Assembly (NCBI GenBank): GCA_028023455.1
Contig: JAQFVV010000005.1
Span: forward strand, 12,462,001-12,526,000
Length of the DNA: 64,000 bases
DNA from: Epiperipatus broadwayi
Lineage: Eukaryota; Animalia; Onychophora
Direction: 5' to 3'
Below are positions 25,421 to 37,414 of the stretch, piece by piece (position 1 is the first letter of the stretch; the number at the start of each line of letters is the position of its first letter). Below the pieces are notes generated by a model. The model was not told the DNA's origin. It made no database searches and saw nothing but the letters and a program-made list of their open reading frames with translations. Made by a program: the position numbers and the translations under genes.

Positions 25421-26102
25421 TTAAAATAACTTCATTTTATAATATGTAAGCACCACAAAAAAACATTTATTTTTACAAAGACAAATACAATTAATTGTTG
25501 AATGGATCCTGATTTTGTAATGTTTACTTTTTTGCATAATCGTCTATCAAATAACATCCATGATAAAAATAAACATCGATTATTCATAGAAAAATTACTC
25601 TTAATTAAATAGAAGAATAATTATATGTATGTAAACAAAATGATTTTATAAAGTTTTTAAATCAAATATCATATACTTGTATAATAATTACCATAGATTA
25701 TTAACAATTGTTGAATCATCTTAATTATTTTATGTAATGTTACTAATATTCACAAATTTGATTTTATTAGAATTTTATTTTATTTGACTTGTCATTTATA
25801 TTTTAATAAATTACACTATTCCTCTTCCATATTTCATAATGCTTTACATGTATATAAAACATCAAAACAAAATCATTATGTGATTGTAAAAACAACTACA
25901 AGACAGTCAAAACTGAGAAACATCTGAATAAAATATTTTGTTTTATTTAATTAAACCATTTAAATGCAACTATATTGTTTATACTGAATTTAATGTAATT
26001 TAGAAGGGATTTAAAATCAGACTTTCAAGCTTCCTGCAGCTATTCACTCCATCTTATATAACTAATACACATGATCCATACATGTGTAAAAGATAAATAA
26101 TC

Positions 26103-26146
26103 TCCACTATATGTATTTCATGCTGAACCAGCACTCATCAGTTGGT
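26103..26146 (-). ncRNA. Hammerhead motif (family A), core intact
   Basis: ACCAA-CTGATGA-GTGCTG-GTT-CAGCAT-GAAA-TACATA-TA-GTGGA; 6-bp stem II with G.U closing pair; stem I weakened. Confidence 0.75.
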
Positions 26147-26541
26147 CCAGATCATCATCTCCCACACATCTATATAAATCAGTGCTCAGGTTATATTAAG
26201 ATAGCAAATCATACTTTTAGTGGACAGGCTTCAATCTTATCCAGCCTCCAACTCTTAGACCATTCATATTATTGAAAATCTGATGATGAAACACTTAAGG
26301 CCCTTATTGATACCAATATTGTTGTCATACCCAGGTTATCATTAAGTCATTCTGCCCCCTCATACATAGGATCTTAATATGTCTTTTTAAATACACAGAA
26401 GAGAGATGGAAAGGCTGATATGGATGGCTGAAGAGTTGGTGGGTATAGCAGATTGAAGCATATCCATTAAAGTATGAAGATTTGCTATCTTAATATAAAC
26501 TGAGCACTCATTGTATAGATGTGTGGGAGATGATGATTATG

Positions 26542-26585
26542 ACCAACTGATGATTGCTGGTTCTATACAAAATACATATGTTAGA
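26542..26585 (+). ncRNA. Degenerate hammerhead motif (family A)
   Basis: ACCAA-CTGATGA-TTGCTG-GTT-CTATAC-AAAA-TACATA-TG-TTAGA; G12 lost and stem II disrupted. Confidence 0.55.
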
Positions 26586-27925
26586 AATCATTTATCTTTT
26601 TCACATGTATGTAGTCATGTGTATCAGTTGTATAAGATGGAGTGGATAGCTGTAGGGAACTTGGAGGTCTGACTTCAAATCCCTTCTAAATTAATTAAAC
26701 CATGCAAAGAAACTAACAAAGAATTAACGTTTTTATTTTAATGTTTCAAATGTTTACTGAAGTTTAATTATATTAGCATCAGTTCTAGCATATTATTCAA
26801 CTACAAGCTGATTACAAAATATACTAAATATAAGAGCTGCAAGTGGTATTTACCTGGAATTAATTCATGATTGGGGGGGGGGGGGATTAAAAGAAAACAA
26901 GTGTTCCAAATGGATTTATATTTAAATATTTTTCCTTACTTATGATTTCAGTTATTCATGATTCATAAAAAAAAAAAAAAAGGTAAATGTAATATAAAAA
27001 AAATATTAATTATCTAAGTTTTTTGTTCATAATGCATATACAATATGCCCATATACCTTCATATGTGTTACACATGTTGAAAACATGTACGTATATAAAT
27101 ACATATATATTTACACATGTTTGTGGGTGAGTACATATATGTATATGCAAATATTTATATGTGCTAAAAACATATTATTGCAAATTTCAATATCTAAGAC
27201 AGTTTAATTGTGAATATGGAAGGACAACTGTATTTATTGGGTATTAAGATGTGGAAAAGTTTATGCATACTGCAGGACAGCAGCATGTACTATATATCAG
27301 CCTATGTTGCAGCAATTCAGTAAAACTTTGATGCTTTTTAAAAAGATGGAACACTCTTTCATTTTATATAAGAATCATCCTGTTGCATGAAAAATATGAA
27401 TTTTTTATTTTAATAATTATATTTTCAACATAGTTATGTCAATCTTTATTATTAACTATAAATAATTTAATTTTTGAAAGAAAAAAATATTAATAACTTG
27501 AAACTTGTTTTGCATTAAACACATATTCCACACTAAATATTATTAACAAATGATGTTCTAGAAAGAACTTTCAAAAACTAAAGCAGATGATCATTGAAAT
27601 TATGAAACTTATGTATAATAAAATCAAATTCAATTCAGAAATAGTGCAATAATTTTTTTTTTTTTGTATTTAATACAATATAGTGTTTATTTTTTCCAAT
27701 TACTGATATTTAATAAAATTATTTTTTTAAGTATTTTATCATGAAAATAACTTTTGTTTTATCATTTTTTTTTATAGGAAATAAATAAAAATACATTACA
27801 ATTTTAGCATTTTTTCCTTTGCCATTGATGATCCTTCACTTCTTTAAGAAAAATCAATTTTATTAACTTTAAATAAAATTCTATAAATTATAGTTTTACC
27901 AGTGGTAAAATTACATTTTTACTTG

Positions 27926-29149
27926 TCACAGCAATTGTATGAGAATCTCAAAAGTATAATGCTTGGTGAAATGGGCAGCTTCATGATTTTCCAAAATATC
28001 TTTCTCCTTGTTTTTATAATCACATAAATGACACATAAATAACATCTCAGTATTTTGACACTTTTCCTGTATATTTGCTTTTTGTTTATTTGAATCAAAT
28101 TCTAATGAGGAAGGATTTATATGAGTAAATTTTTTATGTTTTATAAAAGCATTATGAAAAGCTGATGTATAATCACAGAAACTGCACTGGAAAAATTGTC
28201 CTCGGCTATGTTTTCTTTCATGCATTTTTAAAGTCCTTCTTCCTGTACACCTATAATTACACAGCCTACACCAGAATGGTTTTTCTCCTGTGTGCATTCT
28301 TGCATGCAACTTTAAATTATATTTTATAGCAGTTTTATAATCACACAAAAAGCATTGAAACGGTTTTTCTCCAGTATGTGTTCTTTCATGTAAAATTAAT
28401 CTAGATTTCACTGCAGATTTATATTTACAGAATTTGCACTGGAATGGCTTTTCCCCAGTATGTGTTCTTAGATGTACTTTTAAATTAGCTTTCTCAGCAG
28501 CCTTGTAATTGCATATGCTACAGTGAAACGGTTTATCTCCTGTATGTTTTTTTTCATGTCGTCTTAAACGTCTTTTATCACCAGTCTCATAATCACACAG
28601 CCTGCAATGAAAGGGTTTCTCTCCAGTATGAATTCTTTCATGTATCATTAAGCTAGTATTAGTGACACACTTATAAGCACAAAATCGGCAGTGAAATGGT
28701 TTTTCACTGGTGTGAATGCTTTCATGTATCCTTATAGCATTTTTCATAGGAGATTTATAGTTACATATGCTACATCGATAGCGTTTTTCTCCACTGTGAA
28801 TTTTTTCATGTATTTTTAAGCAATTTTCTATGGCAGTCTTATAACTACATAAATGGCAATAAAAAATCTTTTCTTCTAAATGCGCACTTTCATGATTATT
28901 TAATTTGTCTTTTATAGTAGTCTTATAGTCACATAAACTACACTGGAAAATTTTTAGTTCTATATGACATTTTTCATGAATCTGAAAATTCCCTTTGTGA
29001 AAAGTCTTATAATCACACACTCTACAGTGAAAGCATTTTTTGTCTGCATGAGTTTTTTCATGTATTTTTAAACAACTTTTTATGGCAGTCTTAAAATCAC
29101 ACAAGGTGCAGTCAAAAAGTTTTACTCCCATATGCTTATTTTCAAACAT
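27926..29149 (-). CDS. C2H2 zinc-finger protein, 13 fingers
   Basis: 407-aa ORF of C-x2-C-x12-H-x3/4-H repeats with TGEKP linkers; same finger style and C-terminal tail as 10239-11795. 5' end uncertain. Confidence 0.9.
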   Translation of the reverse strand: MFENKHMGVKLFDCTLCDFKTAIKSCLKIHEKTHADKKCFHCRVCDYKTFHKGNFQIHEKCHIELKIFQCSLCDYKTTIKDKLNNHESAHLEEKIFYCHLCSYKTAIENCLKIHEKIHSGEKRYRCSICNYKSPMKNAIRIHESIHTSEKPFHCRFCAYKCVTNTSLMIHERIHTGEKPFHCRLCDYETGDKRRLRRHEKKHTGDKPFHCSICNYKAAEKANLKVHLRTHTGEKPFQCKFCKYKSAVKSRLILHERTHTGEKPFQCFLCDYKTAIKYNLKLHARMHTGEKPFWCRLCNYRCTGRRTLKMHERKHSRGQFFQCSFCDYTSAFHNAFIKHKKFTHINPSSLEFDSNKQKANIQEKCQNTEMLFMCHLCDYKNKEKDILENHEAAHFTKHYTFEILIQLL

Positions 29150-30291
29150 TTTATAAGCTTTTTTCTTGTATGAAATATTTTATGCAACTTTAATTCATAC
29201 GTTTGTGGAGTAAAGTCACATGAATGACACTCAATTTTTCTTGAGAGCAAATACATTTATTTTTAAAAGTAAATTGCAATAAGACTCTCATCAGTTTCCC
29301 AAACACAAAATCTGTTCTAAAAATGTTTTCCCCTACATATTGTTTTGCATACTTTTTACCGCATTCTTCCAATTAGATCAGAGTATTGATAATTTATACC
29401 TCTTGAAAATTTTACTTATTCACTCTTGGAAAGAAATAATACATATATGAATCAATTATTTCGGTTTCAACTTTTAAAAATGCTTTTAAATTGTGTTGTA
29501 TAAAATTGCCTGAATAAATTTTATTTATATCTTAAATCTCTTGGAAGTTTATATATTTATTTATATCAGATTTGTATGCATTCTATAACAAGTTCTTATA
29601 TCATTTTACTGTAGTTTTTGATACATTGTATTTTTTCAAGCAGTAATCAATGTGTCAATTATTAAGATAAGTAGATCAAATATATTTTTGAAAATAGTTT
29701 ACCATTATTGAATTATTTACTTATGGACATTTATATAATTTTTAAAGATCTTTTTTTCAGTTTATGTAAAAAAAAATGTAATGTGAAACTTAAATCTGTT
29801 TTATGACTAAGGAATTTTATTCCCACAATTAACAGAAAATAAACACCATCATCTTCATATGAATTTCATATGATAAGCATACTTTGATAACAATAGTTGA
29901 TATTGAAAATATTTATTATTACAATGATCCTCATCATTATTTTAGCAGTGCAAATAATTTCATATTAAATCAATTTGTTTATGTCCATCTTATAATAAAT
30001 CACTTCAATAAATCATAGCATTTTTTTCTTCTGGTGTTTCACGTTACTTTAAAATAACTTAATAATCATAAAAGCAGGAATAAAAAAGTGTATCACTTTT
30101 TGGTTTTTTTAGATATATATTTTCAATAGTCTTATTAAAGACTGAGAAAATATTTTTACTTCACACAATGTTTCTGATCTTAGTAATGGGTCACAATATT
30201 TCAATAACTATTTTATTTCTACATATATATTTTTTTTCCAGAAATAAATTTATCATTGAAAAATCAGTCCATTAATATAATAATGTTGTAT

Positions 30292-30357
30292 GTGGTTTAG
30301 TGTAGTTACAAAATATACTCTGAATCTAAAGTCCTCAATTCAATTCCAGTCCTGGCA
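30292..30357 (+). repeat. Degenerate tRNA-derived (SINE-head-like) segment
   Basis: GTGGTTTAGTGTAG (A-box-like) and TTCAATTCCAGTCC (B-box-like); a homologous segment lies reversed at ~5335-5400. Confidence 0.4.
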
Positions 30358-30589
30358 CTTCCGATACTTGAACTTATAAATTTCCAAAAAGCCATTAGTT
30401 AATTTAATCCACAGTATTAATGATGATTTATCAATACACTAATGCACTCCCACATAATGCATATTAATTGGTTAATAAAAATGTCAAATTCCTGTAAGAG
30501 TTGAAATGAACTTGGAGGCAGCCATGGCTGGTATAATTTTTATATATGAGGTTTACAAATTATTTTTTGAATTTAATTTCATTGCTCAC

Positions 30590-30632
30590 CTGTTTTGAAA
30601 CCGGGGTTTTCTAGATGTGAGTCACTGTTAAC
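30590..30632 (-). other. Candidate 43-nt upstream exon of the minus-strand ZNF gene
   Basis: TTTTGTTTAG|GTTAACAG...AAAACAG|GTGAGC, then a 98-nt intron ending CTCTTACAG at 30492. Confidence 0.45.
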
Positions 30633-30781
30633 CTAAACAAAATAAAACAATGAGTATATAAATGCCAGAATATTTCATTTTTTTAAAGCAATGATTTTCT
30701 CATTCAAACATTTTAAACTATTTTATAAAACAAAAAAAGTTTATTGAATACAGTTTAAATATTATAAATACCATTGAGATT

Positions 30782-30849
30782 GATAGTTTTTATATAAGTA
30801 ATATTTAAATATCTCGATAGTTTTTATATATGTAATATTTAAATATCTC
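30782..30849. repeat. 2 x 34-bp tandem repeat with a partial third copy near 30870-30900
   Basis: GATAGTTTTTATATA(A/T)GTAATATTTAAATATCTC at 30782 and 30816. Confidence 0.85.
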
Positions 30850-31759
30850 CCAAAACAAAAACATTGTTCATTTTTATATAAGCAATATTTAAAAATCTAC
30901 CAATACAAATTAGTCCTACTCTGCTCTTTCAGATCTTCCTATGATTATTTTTTACTTTTCAATTCATGCAGTAACCATAGGAGATATGCAAATAGCAATC
31001 AGAGTAGCTTGTTATTATCACAAGAAATATTACTGGCCCACTCATGTCTACTCTTTTGCAGTAATTACCTGTTTTTTTTTATATATTCTATCATCAGATA
31101 TCAAGCGAAATTTGCTGACAGAAAACAAAAAATTTATAAAAAGTTCTTAAATATTAATTCTTATTAAGCGCAATGTCAGCATGTAATACTTAAATAAGGC
31201 TAAAACCTTAGTACATGCATCTTGAGTGCTTAATTTATTACAAATGATACTTCTACAAAGTTCTTAAATGGATTGAATTTGTCAATAACTGAAAATATAT
31301 TCTCATCAACTAAGACCATCCTAAAATCACTTTCCCTTTTCTAGATATTGAATTACAAATCTAACTATGGCAGAATAATTATGACATAAAAAAACTAAAT
31401 TCTTATGAAATTACAAATTTCTTTTTTCAGATTCAACAATAAAACCACTATAATTTGACCTTTTTAAACACAACCACAGTCTCATCAATAGATTTGAGAG
31501 AATCCATCATTACTATATCAATCTTCTTCAGAAATACAACTTTAACAAGCAATTATCTATATAAATTTCAGCAATCAAAGCATGGGAACCACATAATTAA
31601 TGAATGTCATATTTCTAGTGGCAAAAAGGAAAAAATGAATAAAATGACTAGTGAATCTATTTCCTGGTTGGAATCTCTACAGGTTCCTTTACAATAGTTT
31701 GCTTATAATTAAACTAAAATCCATATGGTAAATAACTAAATCTCCCTGTGATAGTGGGA

Positions 31760-32580
31760 CTATGGTGTTCGAGTAAAAATATTTATATTTTTAACTAAAT
31801 CTATATATATAATTTTAATGCGCAAATACGCGCACAACAACCGAGCTTCATCAGGATTAAATAACAATATATTATAAACTTAAAATAATTATAATATCTA
31901 AAAAATAATGCCCGAGCGCTTTCAAGAGATCTTAGCTCTCATAATCATGGGCAACAAAGAATAAGCATAGCGTGTTGGTATATGCTAAAATATGCTGATA
32001 TATGTAAATTAGTTGAAAATAAATGCGTCAGCTCTAAATGATCCATTTCTTAGAGATTTTGTAACACGCATCTTTCCTATTCATAGCCTTATCATCAATA
32101 GCAATAAAACATGCTTCTTTAACTTTTCTCTTAATGTCATTTCTCTCCCTGCAAACTATTCTTGCATTTTTAGGTTCACATGCATGACCAGCTGATTTCT
32201 GATGTATTGCAAATATTGAGTTGCAATTTGGGTCTACCTGGGCCTTATTGTAAGAATATCTATGCTGGGATAGTCTTGTTGAAAGAGTTGCTTTCATTTC
32301 CCCATAGTATGATGCCATGCAGTTATTTTCTGGGCATGAAATATTATATACGGCCTGAGAGGTGTTGTTGGGTGTTATAATGTCTTTGGTGTTATTAATA
32401 ATTCTATTTGTATTAGGGGGTGTATGAAAGCTAAGTTGAAATTCTTTATTAAACACCGAGTAAAACTTTCTATGGGTAGTTGCAATATACGGTAACAAAA
32501 TTCTATTTTTCTGCTGCTTAATTTCTATGCCTATTTTCTTTATCAATTATTATTTAGCATACATCCTTAGGCACTAATAT
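31760..32580 (-). mobile_element. 5'-truncated Penelope-like element (GIY-YIG endonuclease plus hammerhead-bearing 3' region)
   Basis: ORF 32034-32546 has AVYNISC...C..SYYGEM...RLSQH...H...GH...KRKVKEACFI...MNR, the Penelope-type GIY-YIG domain; hammerhead relics follow the stop codon. Confidence 0.85.
31909..31953 (-). ncRNA. Degenerate Penelope-type minimal hammerhead
   Basis: TGCCC-ATGATTA-T-GAGAG-CTAAGAT-CTCTT-GAAA-GCGC-TC-GGGCA: 5-bp stems I and II, palindromic GCGC loop, two substitutions in CUGAUGA. Confidence 0.65.
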
Positions 32581-32749
32581 AACAAGAAACAGAAAACTTT
32601 AGTAGACTGGATGTTATTAGGTATTATCTTTACCCAAGATGGTGCAATTACTAATGAATCATGTTGGAACTGGATTTAAAAAGGACTTTTGGTTCAGGAA
32701 AGATTATATATTTAATCAGCTCCATTTATCTAGTAAAGATAATCTAAAA

Positions 32750-33720
32750 ATAACTTTTATTGCATAATCTGGTAAAGTTGTTGGTCCTGGCAAATTACTC
32801 ATTGTGATAGAAACATTAGTAATGTTAATATTATTTGTGAAGAAGGAAATAATGGTAATAATAGATGTATAATGTTTTTAATCTTTTAAATGCAGAAATC
32901 TGAAGTGAGTGAAAAGTAAGCTCTTAAAAATCAGAATAGCAGACAGCAGTTGAAACTAAGAAATTACCAAGATTTAATATTAATATTGCTGCTCTTTAGT
33001 GAAACTTATCATCTAGATGAAGGAAGTGCAAGGATGCCAGTTTTTCTGGAATGACAGATTGGCTAGTGAATGAAGGCAGCATTGTGTGGTTTGTTATAAG
33101 ATCTAGTTTAGTATCTTCTATTTTGGAAATTCCTTGATGTTTAATGAAAAATAAATGGTATTCAAACTTGGTTTCTACAATAAAGCTGAGTTAATTTTAT
33201 AATAGCATATGTTCTAACATTAAAATCGGAGAAAAAAAAATCTTTTAATCCCTTGCTGAATGGTATTATTATTACTTCAATATCAATAGATCAAATGTTT
33301 CTTTTTGGATATTTTAATGCATGTGATTGGTACATACAGTAAACTTTGGACAAAAGCTGTTGGGAATACAATATTAGTGCTATAAACTCAATCTGCTGCT
33401 ACTGAATATTTGCATAACATGGATTGACTATTGCAAATACTTTGTTTAGATAGAAAAAATCATTATAAAAAAAAAGTTAATGCACTGAAGACTTAAAATA
33501 ATTGCATTTAACAGACTATATGAAAGTTATGATCAGAACACAAGAGAAGTTTATATTACATGAATGCATAAAAGTACATATTGGTGGATCATAGCTATGT
33601 TCAAAGATTAAGATAATTGCATTTATAAATAGTATCAGTCCAATCACATTCAAAAGAAATTTGATGTTCATTCTTAAAAAACATCTGCTATTAATGCTAA
33701 ACTTCAACAGCTGTTAAACA
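32750..33720 (+). mobile_element. Old RTE (BovB-like) endonuclease-region fragment
   Basis: Remnants RFNINIAAL..ET...DEGS (~32970-33030), GYFNA (~33308) and LTIANTLF (~33425); heavily broken. Confidence 0.55.
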
Positions 33721-36700
33721 TTAAATTATCTAATGTGATATTTTCAGGATTGTGTTGTCTTAAAGAGCATGTTATGGATATAAATAAATCTAATAATGAA
33801 ATCACTAAAAAAAAGAATCATGACTGGTTATATTTTTCTTTAATATCATGTTGTACTTTAATATTATATGTATATATGTTAAACTTGTATTTGTTAAGAA
33901 TAATTGAATATATTGCTAGAGGCAGTCATTTTTAAGTCATATAGTATTCGATGGAACAGGTGACAGAAAGTTATTTTGTAAATATGTTTTCATTTCTTAA
34001 ATTCCAAGTATCACAAGCTAATTAATCAAAAGTGCAAAGATGCTTCAATTCCCCTTTCCTCGCCTAAATCAAAAGATTTTGTTCTAAAATATTATCAGTC
34101 ATGCATTTCAATCAAAACTTTACTTTTGCAATTATTGAAATTAAAAAACCAGGTTTGTTTTTTATAAACAGATATAAAAATAAGTTGAACTAATTTTTAA
34201 AAAATAAGGTTAAAAAGTAACGTTAATTTATAGTTTTTTGAAGAGACAAATATGTCATTATAATTATAGGTCCAAACTACAGACCTTTCAAGCTAAAGTA
34301 TGCATGTTATATTTCTTAATATATGAGTACGATCTTAAGTAATGATTATTAATCTCTTGTTTTAAGTGTTAATACTAGAAGAAGTGATTAGGCTTTAATT
34401 TAGCAGAGTAAAATAATATATGATCACTTGATCAAACTTATAATGTTGTTACTCATGCTTATTTTCATTTCCAGGCTTTCATAATTTGAAATTACTTACT
34501 GCTCATTCCTTCTTTAAATTGTGTTGCTGGGTTACTTGTGTTTTTTTTTTATGTGATTAGTTCATATATTTGTTTTGCAATCAGATGACCCTTCCTGCTT
34601 CATGCAAATGGATTGCCCAAGTGTTCTCTTGATATGGTCACACCAAGGCAGACATCTCTCTCATATACATATTCGGATAATTTTTGCTGTTGTCCTTAAT
34701 ATTATTAGCAGTGCAGATAAATTTCCTGCTTGATAGTAATGAGTTCATTACTGGTTATAGGAAATGTTCATTCCTGCTTCATATGATTCTTGGATCTGAT
34801 GAAATTCTTGAGTAAGGTCTCACCAAGGCAGGCATATCCCACCTCTGTCTCATCAGTGGATATAATTGTATTTATGTAAAACATAGCACTGCATTCAGGG
34901 TTTTGTTAAAATATATTTTTAAAGTCTGATATTACAATCATGTAACCAGTCGTAGTTCTAAGTCCAAAGCAGTCATTTATTAATAATAGTAATTTTTTAA
35001 TAGTTAAATAAATACTTACAGTGATTATCCATTAATAAATAGTTAAACCATCATAGAAGGTCCATCCTGGAGATTATTAAGACTATAATCCCTTTATTGC
35101 ATATAAGTGAGAGATAATTAAACTGTTTAGTTACTATTTTTTTTAACCTATAAGAAATGCAATATAATCATAGGTTTAAATCTAATCATATGAATTTTAT
35201 TCTTTTTTTCTTATTTATTGTTACTAATAAATTCATCTACCTTTCACATTTGTGTCTTGTTTACCACAATTAGCATTTTTTTTATAGTTTTTTAAGTCTT
35301 TTGTATCTCACTGATCTCAGCAGAATATAAGAAAAGGGCATATATGCTAATGTCAGATGTGGTAGTCACATGATTATTGTCCTGAGGGGATAAGTAATGA
35401 GATTAGACTTTGTACTATCTGTGGTAATGCATATATCAAATATTACACAGTCATGTGAGTTAGAGATGCTTAGATCCTAAGATTAGTTCTGCTGACTATA
35501 CAAATCTGACCATTACATATACATATTTTTTTTATAATATGGCTCCACCAATGTGAGACATGAGAAATCAACCACATGCTCCTGAGATATGGATTAATAT
35601 ATTTTTCTTGGTCGTTGGTCTATTGCATTTAATTTTATAGTGGTAAAATCTCTTTTGCTCCTTTTTACTGTGGTTAAGATTGTTTAGAGCTATCAATGTG
35701 CAGTTTAAAAAACAGTTTAAGTTCTTATTGTTATCTTCTGAACTTATAGTGTTATGACCAAACTCCATAATTATTATATGAGATGATTATTCTTCATTCA
35801 TGTATGTTATCAGTATATAATAAATTATTTAAAACTATTGATTAAGGATTTGTCTTCATTATATATAACAGTCAACAAATAGTAAGGACCAGCTTTATCT
35901 GGATATGCCATGCATTGTGATAAGTGGCTGAATACTGGTTAAATCAAATAGAGAATACTTGTTGAGGCCTGGTTTTGGAGGTTTTTTATATATATAAAGC
36001 TTAAATAGGGTCCCCCTTGAAAAATTCAATCCTACTTCTCCAAGATACTAACATTCTTGGATAGATTGAATTTTTATATAAATGCTAATATAATTAAAGT
36101 GGAATTAAGATTGACCACACTCATGTTTGTATTATCAGCTACTTACCAGGTTCTCATCTTACAGGCACCATCACTACATACTTTTAAACTAAGATTTGAT
36201 AAGGCCACTGAACTCCTAAATATCTAATTTACTCCAAAGTTCCTAGTAATAATGCAAAAATGTAAAATCAACCTTTACAATTAAGAAGCGGATGAAAAGG
36301 CAATTAATTATAAGGTTGAATTGCAAAAGATGACATTGACCTGCAATTTTGGGATATTTCTTGAATAGTCACCGAGAAATCAGTTTATATGTGATATGAC
36401 ATGCATTAAGAGTTTGATTATTGATGAATTCCAATACTACATATAATACTACAGTATCCCAGGGAACTTTTTCTGAATACAAATAAAAAAATAAAATGAT
36501 ATGTCAAAAACAGAATCAAAGGCCAATGAAAGGGCAACAATTATTTCTGATAAAATACCAAGCAAAGCAAAAAAATCATTTAGCCAACCACATATTAATG
36601 ATAGCTGCCATTTTTATCAATGTATTGGACACACGGAATCTGTCTTGGAAAAAAAAGATAGAATAATAATAATGGTTTAATGGGCCAGAGGAAAACAGCA

Positions 36701-37137
36701 AGCAAGACATGAAGGCATCAATACAAGAGGGGTGCAGAGACACAGAAATGGTGCAGAATTAAGAATATATTTATTTTTATTCTGATACAAATATTATTTA
36801 GTACTATTTGATTCATTATTTATACAAAATAAGGAAATATAAACATATTAAAATAAATAATCACTCAATGGCAAATCTGGTTTAAACCAATGGGCTACTC
36901 ACTGATCAAAATGAATCAAATTAGCTGCGAGATATTGATTTTGAGAAACATGCTAATGTTTTATTTGTCTGAAGGTTTGTAATGATGGTATATTATAAGA
37001 TGTGATATGTTGGACTATTTCCAACATTTATTAGTGTATGTTGAATGTATAGAAAATTTTAAACTTTATTTAAACTTTCCAAATACAAACAACTTGTTAG
37101 TAATAAAAACACAAATAGACAATACAGGTTAGTAATT

Positions 37138-37182
37138 ACACAACGTTTCAAGTAGTATTATTCTCTACTCTTCTTCAGATGT
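37138..37182 (-). ncRNA. Minimal type I hammerhead, core intact (family B, left arm)
   Basis: ACAT-CTGAAGA-A-GAGTAG-AGAATAATA-CTACTT-GAAA-CG-TT-GTGT; palindromic AACGTT at stem III as in Penelope-type dimeric hammerheads. Confidence 0.8.
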
Positions 37183-37260
37183 TGCTGGTCTATATGCACA
37201 GTGACAATATTTGCTTAGAAGTTGAACTCGCACCTTTAGATTTTTGAGTATCGAATTTAA

Positions 37261-37335
37261 GGCTATTCTGTCAGTTGGTAGAGCATTTGCCTTAAATTGG
37301 ATACTCAAGAATCTAAAGGTGCGAGTTCAACTTCT
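37261..37335 (+). repeat. tRNA-derived head with Pol III A/B-box-like motifs (not a functional tRNA)
   Basis: GGC...TCAGTTGGTAGAGC (D-arm/A-box) and GAGTTCAACTTC (T-loop/B-box-like); no acceptor stem or canonical anticodon arm. Confidence 0.6.
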
Positions 37336-37369
37336 AAGCGAATATTGTCACTGTGCATATAGGCCAGCA

Positions 37370-37414
37370 ACACATGAAGAAGAGTAGAGAATAATACTAC
37401 TTGAAACATTGTGT
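37370..37414 (+). ncRNA. Hammerhead motif (family B, right arm), C3 mutated
   Basis: ACAC-ATGAAGA-A-GAGTAG-AGAATAATA-CTACTT-GAAA-CA-TT-GTGT. Confidence 0.7.

Larger units (their letters stand above)
25960..26690. mobile_element. Family A element, second head-to-head inverted pair with 13-bp TSD
   Basis: Minus-sense arm ~25960-26417 (about one monomer) plus plus-sense arm ~26417-26690; TTAATTAAACCAT at 25947-25959 and 26691-26703. Confidence 0.85.

Noticed and set aside
29190-29372. 60-aa ORF as the N-terminus of the ZNF protein
   Set aside because: Its frame carries no finger motif; the finger remnant is in a different frame.
37261-37335. Functional tRNA gene
   Set aside because: No acceptor stem or proper anticodon arm; embedded in a repeat element.
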